A stretch of 64,000 nt of DNA from NCBI RefSeq assembly GCF_963921235.1, contig NC_086108.1, positions 83,206,001-83,270,000 on the forward strand, in the 5' to 3' direction. The DNA comes from Mobula hypostoma. Lineage: Eukaryota. The stretch's first letter is position 1. Every line of letters begins with the position of its first letter. The notes under the pieces are model-generated. The model was not told the DNA's origin. It did not search any database and saw only the letters and a list, made by a program, of their open reading frames with translations. Of this stretch, positions 60,531-64,000 are shown in pieces. Position numbers and translations under genes: made by a program.

Positions 60531-63182
60531 AGTTATTTATCATTTCATTTTAAAATCTTCTTTATTAATTTTTAAAGATCAACAAAAAATACATTAAGGT
60601 AATTGTCAACATGTCAATATGTACAATGAATTAAATTACAAAACAACTGATTAACAATAATGATACAAAAAAATAAAGTGTTAAGCCATACAAGCTTCCA
60701 TAAAAGAAAAACATCAATCTGCTAACTCAAATCCATTTAAACAAAAATCAGAAGGAAACCATCTTAATTAACTCAAATCAGATGATAGCAGCTGGCAAAT
60801 GAACCCCACCTTTTCTCAAAATCAAATCAAGGATCAAAAGTTCAACTTCTGCTTTTCTCCAAACCAAGACATAGCATCACCTGAGAGAACCACTGTATCA
60901 AATTGGGAGCAGAGGCATCTTTCCATTTCAATAAAATAGCCCTTCTGGCCATTAATGTAACAAATGCAATTACACGTTGGTCTGATATAGAAGTACCATG
61001 AATATATTGAGGGATTATACCAAACAAAACTGTTAATTTATTAGGTTGTAAATTTTTAAAGCTTTAGAAATTGTAGAGAAAATAGATTTCCAAAAAATGT
61101 TTCAATACAGAACACGACCAAAACATATGTGTCAATGTAGCTGTCTCAGTTTTACATCTATCACACTGACTATCAACATTAGGAAACATTTTAGACAGTC
61201 TCTCCTTTGTCAAATAGTAATGATGTGCAATTTTAAATTGAATTAAATAGTGACTGGCACAGATCGAAGAAGAGTTAACCAACTTCAAAATTTGCAACCA
61301 ATCCTGTTATCAAGGTCATGTTAAGCTCTCTTCCCCAATCTTGCTTAATCTAAAGTGAAGGGTAATTATGCTGTTGTAACAGTGAATTATAAATTTTCCC
61401 AATAAAACCTTTCACTAAAGGGTTCATTTTTAAAATAATATCTAACAGGTCAGAATCCTGTATATTTGGAAAATTACTTAAATATTCTTGTAAGAAATGT
61501 CTGACCTGAAGATATTGCAGGAAATGTGAATACGAGAGAGAGTGTTTAGTTACTAAATTCTCAAAAGACATCAATCGGCCATCTTGGAACAGATCCATGA
61601 AGGAATAAACTCCTTTATTCCTCCAAAGAAAAACTGCTTAATGAAGGTTTAAATAAATAATTTCGATAAATTAAACTAAGTTTAAATTTTTTGAGGTTTA
61701 AAAAATTACGAAACTGGTACCAAATTCAAAATGACTACTGAATCATAGGATATAAATTTAGATTAGCAATTTTGGCCATTTGTACAGGTAAAGAAGCTCC
61801 TAATAACGAGGTTAAGTGAAACTGTTTCACAGCTTTCAATTCCAAATCAGCCCAAGGTAGTCATTCATTCTTAACAGCCCAATATAACCAAAAACACATA
61901 ATGTATATCAACAGCCCAATAATACATTCTTTGATTAGGCAGGGCAAGACCTCCATATTTTTTTAATTTTTGTAATGATATTTTCCAACCTGATCAAAAA
62001 ACTTTAGTTTAAAAAAAGGGATATTTTGAAATATATATAAAAATTTTGGTAAAATCATCATTTTAACTGCATGAATTCGGCTGACTAACGAAAGTGTAAG
62101 TGCATTCCATCTACAAAGTAATTGTTTCATAAAATCCACTAAAGGAACCAAATTAGCTCTATAAAGGTCTCTATGATTTTTAGTGATAATAATACCTAAA
62201 TATTTAAAAGAGTCCGTAACTCTAAAAGGAATGTCATCATATATAGAAGCACAATCATTTAGGGGAAATAATTGACTTTTATGAAGGTTTAGTTTATATC
62301 CTGAAAAATTTCCAAATTCATTTAATAGTTTCAATAAACTAGGAATGGATTCGTCAGGATTCGAAACATTATGCTGACGATCTCTTAGTTAAAGGGAGAT
62401 CTTATGAATAGTTCCATTTATGAAAATTTCACGGATATCTTTAGCTTCACAAAGTGCAATGGCCAAGGGTTCCAGCACCAAATTAAATAACAAGGGACTT
62501 AACAGACATCCTTGTCTCATACCCTGCGGAAGTCCAAAAAAAAAGATCTGCAATTATTAGTAATAACAGTAGCAAAAGGGCTTTTATATATCATTCTAAT
62601 CCACTTAAAATTAATACCAAAGTCAAATTTCTCTAAAACATTAAATAAGTATTTCCATTCAACTCTGTCAAGTGCCTTTTCAGCATCAAGAGAAACAACA
62701 CATTGGGGAGACTTAGAAAAGGATGAGTTATAACATTTAACAGTCTCCCAGTATTAGAGAAGGAATAACGGCCCTTTACAAAACCTGTTTGGTCCTGAGG
62801 GATATTTTAGCTAGAATATTCTCCAGTCGATTAGCCATTATTTTTAAAAGAATTTTAGCATCCACATTTAATAATGAAATAGGTCTATATGAAGCACAGT
62901 CAGTTGGGTCTTTATCCTTCTTAAGAATTAAAGAGATAGAAGTTTCATAAAATGTGGGAGGTAACTATCAAAAAAGAATCTTTAAGCGTTTCCAACATGT
63001 ATGGAGAAAGCAATTTTACAAATTTTTTGTAAAATCCTACAGAATAACCAACAAATCCAGGAGCTTTACCAGATTGCATTGAAAGAATAGCTTTCTGAAT
63101 TTTGTTTTCAGTAATTGGAGTATCAAGAGTTTGTTGATCTTCAACAGAAATTTGAGGAAAATCAATCTTTTATAAAAAGGCA

Positions 63183-63358
63183 ACACACATCAAAGTTGCT
63201 GCTGAACGCAGCAGGCCAGGCAGCATCTCTAAGAGGTACAGTCGACGTTTCGGGCCGAGACCCTTCATCAGGACTAACTGAAAGAAGAGCTAGTCTCACC
63301 AGCAACTTTGATGTGTGTTGCTTGAATTTCCAGCATCTGCAGAATTCCTCATGTTTGC
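63183..63358. mobile_element. Inverted PLE-repeat mini-element inserted into the L1
   Basis: Antisense arm with HHR, then sense arm; TSD tttt(a/g)taaaaaggca. Confidence 0.85.
63239..63280 (-). ncRNA. Minimal hammerhead ribozyme, same strand as the mknk1 pre-mRNA
   Basis: Minus strand reads cagttagtc-CTGATGA-agggtctcggccc-GAAA-cGTC^gactg. Confidence 0.85.
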
Positions 63359-64000
63359 ATTTTGTAAAAAGGCATTCATTTTAGAGGGATCAGCTGAAAA
63401 CTGAGATTTATAAAGTTCAATGTAAAAGTCTTGAAAAATTTTATTAATGTCTTCATAATTACATGCTAAACTACCATCTCCCTTACGAATTTTTAAAATT
63501 TGTCTTTTGGCTCTAGCTGCTTTTAATTGAGATGCTAATAACTTATTATTTTTATCTCCAAACAAATAGAATTGACTTTTCAATTTAAGCAAATTTCTTT
63601 CAATAGGCTAAGTTAATAGTAAATTATATTGTGATTGGAGTTCAACCCTTTGTTTAAATAAATCAATATTAGGTGAGGTTGCATAAATATTATCCAAGTC
63701 TTTAATTTGTTTTGAAATCTTATCTAACTCTGTTTTTGTCTGTTTCTTAAGCTCAGCGAAATAGGAGATTATCTGACCGCGCAAATATGCTTTAAAATGT
63801 GTCCCATATAATCAATTTCGACACATCTCCCGTATTGTTAAATAGAAAACAATCTTTTATCTGAGTCTCAACAAATTTGACAAAGTCTGAACTTTGCAAT
63901 AAATTTTCTGGAAAATGCCAAGGCAAATTTGCAATACCGACATCATTGAATTCAAAAGCTAAGCTTAAAGGCACACGATGCGAAACAATGATAGCTTCAT

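Larger units (their letters stand above)
60540..64000 (-). mobile_element. Degenerate L1 ORF2 in the mknk1 intron (runs off the window)
   Basis: FSGYKLNLHKS, CDRC..HMFWSC, KLLASQLK; many frameshifts. Confidence 0.9.

Noticed and set aside
1..64000. Prokaryotic-type systems (operons, CRISPR arrays, retrons), tRNA or rRNA genes
   Set aside because: No repeat-spacer arrays or structural RNA genes were seen; every RT here belongs to a eukaryotic LINE or PLE family.

Overview
This is vertebrate nuclear DNA, probably from a cartilaginous fish such as a ray (inferred from the repeat families, not proven). Most of the window is nested transposable-element debris: CR1, Rex1/Babar, L1, Penelope-like, Tc1, Tigger, hAT, Chapaev-like and a solo LTR. 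The only host coding sequence I recognise is the last coding exon of mknk1 (minus strand, 58984-59230). Main points: (1) a full-length L1 with two intact ORFs and a target-site duplication (TSD), 22114-27960; (2) a young Neptune-type Penelope-like element (PLE) with an RT + GIY-YIG ORF and a minimal hammerhead ribozyme (HHR) in its 3' repeat; (3) a set of short non-coding, TSD-flanked elements built from that HHR-bearing repeat, including a 281-bp near-perfect palindrome with an intact HHR on each strand (35106-35386); (4) a tandem RFX X-box pair plus a forkhead site in a repeat-free island (about 30870-30950). All calls were made by eye, and boundaries of degenerate repeats are approximate.
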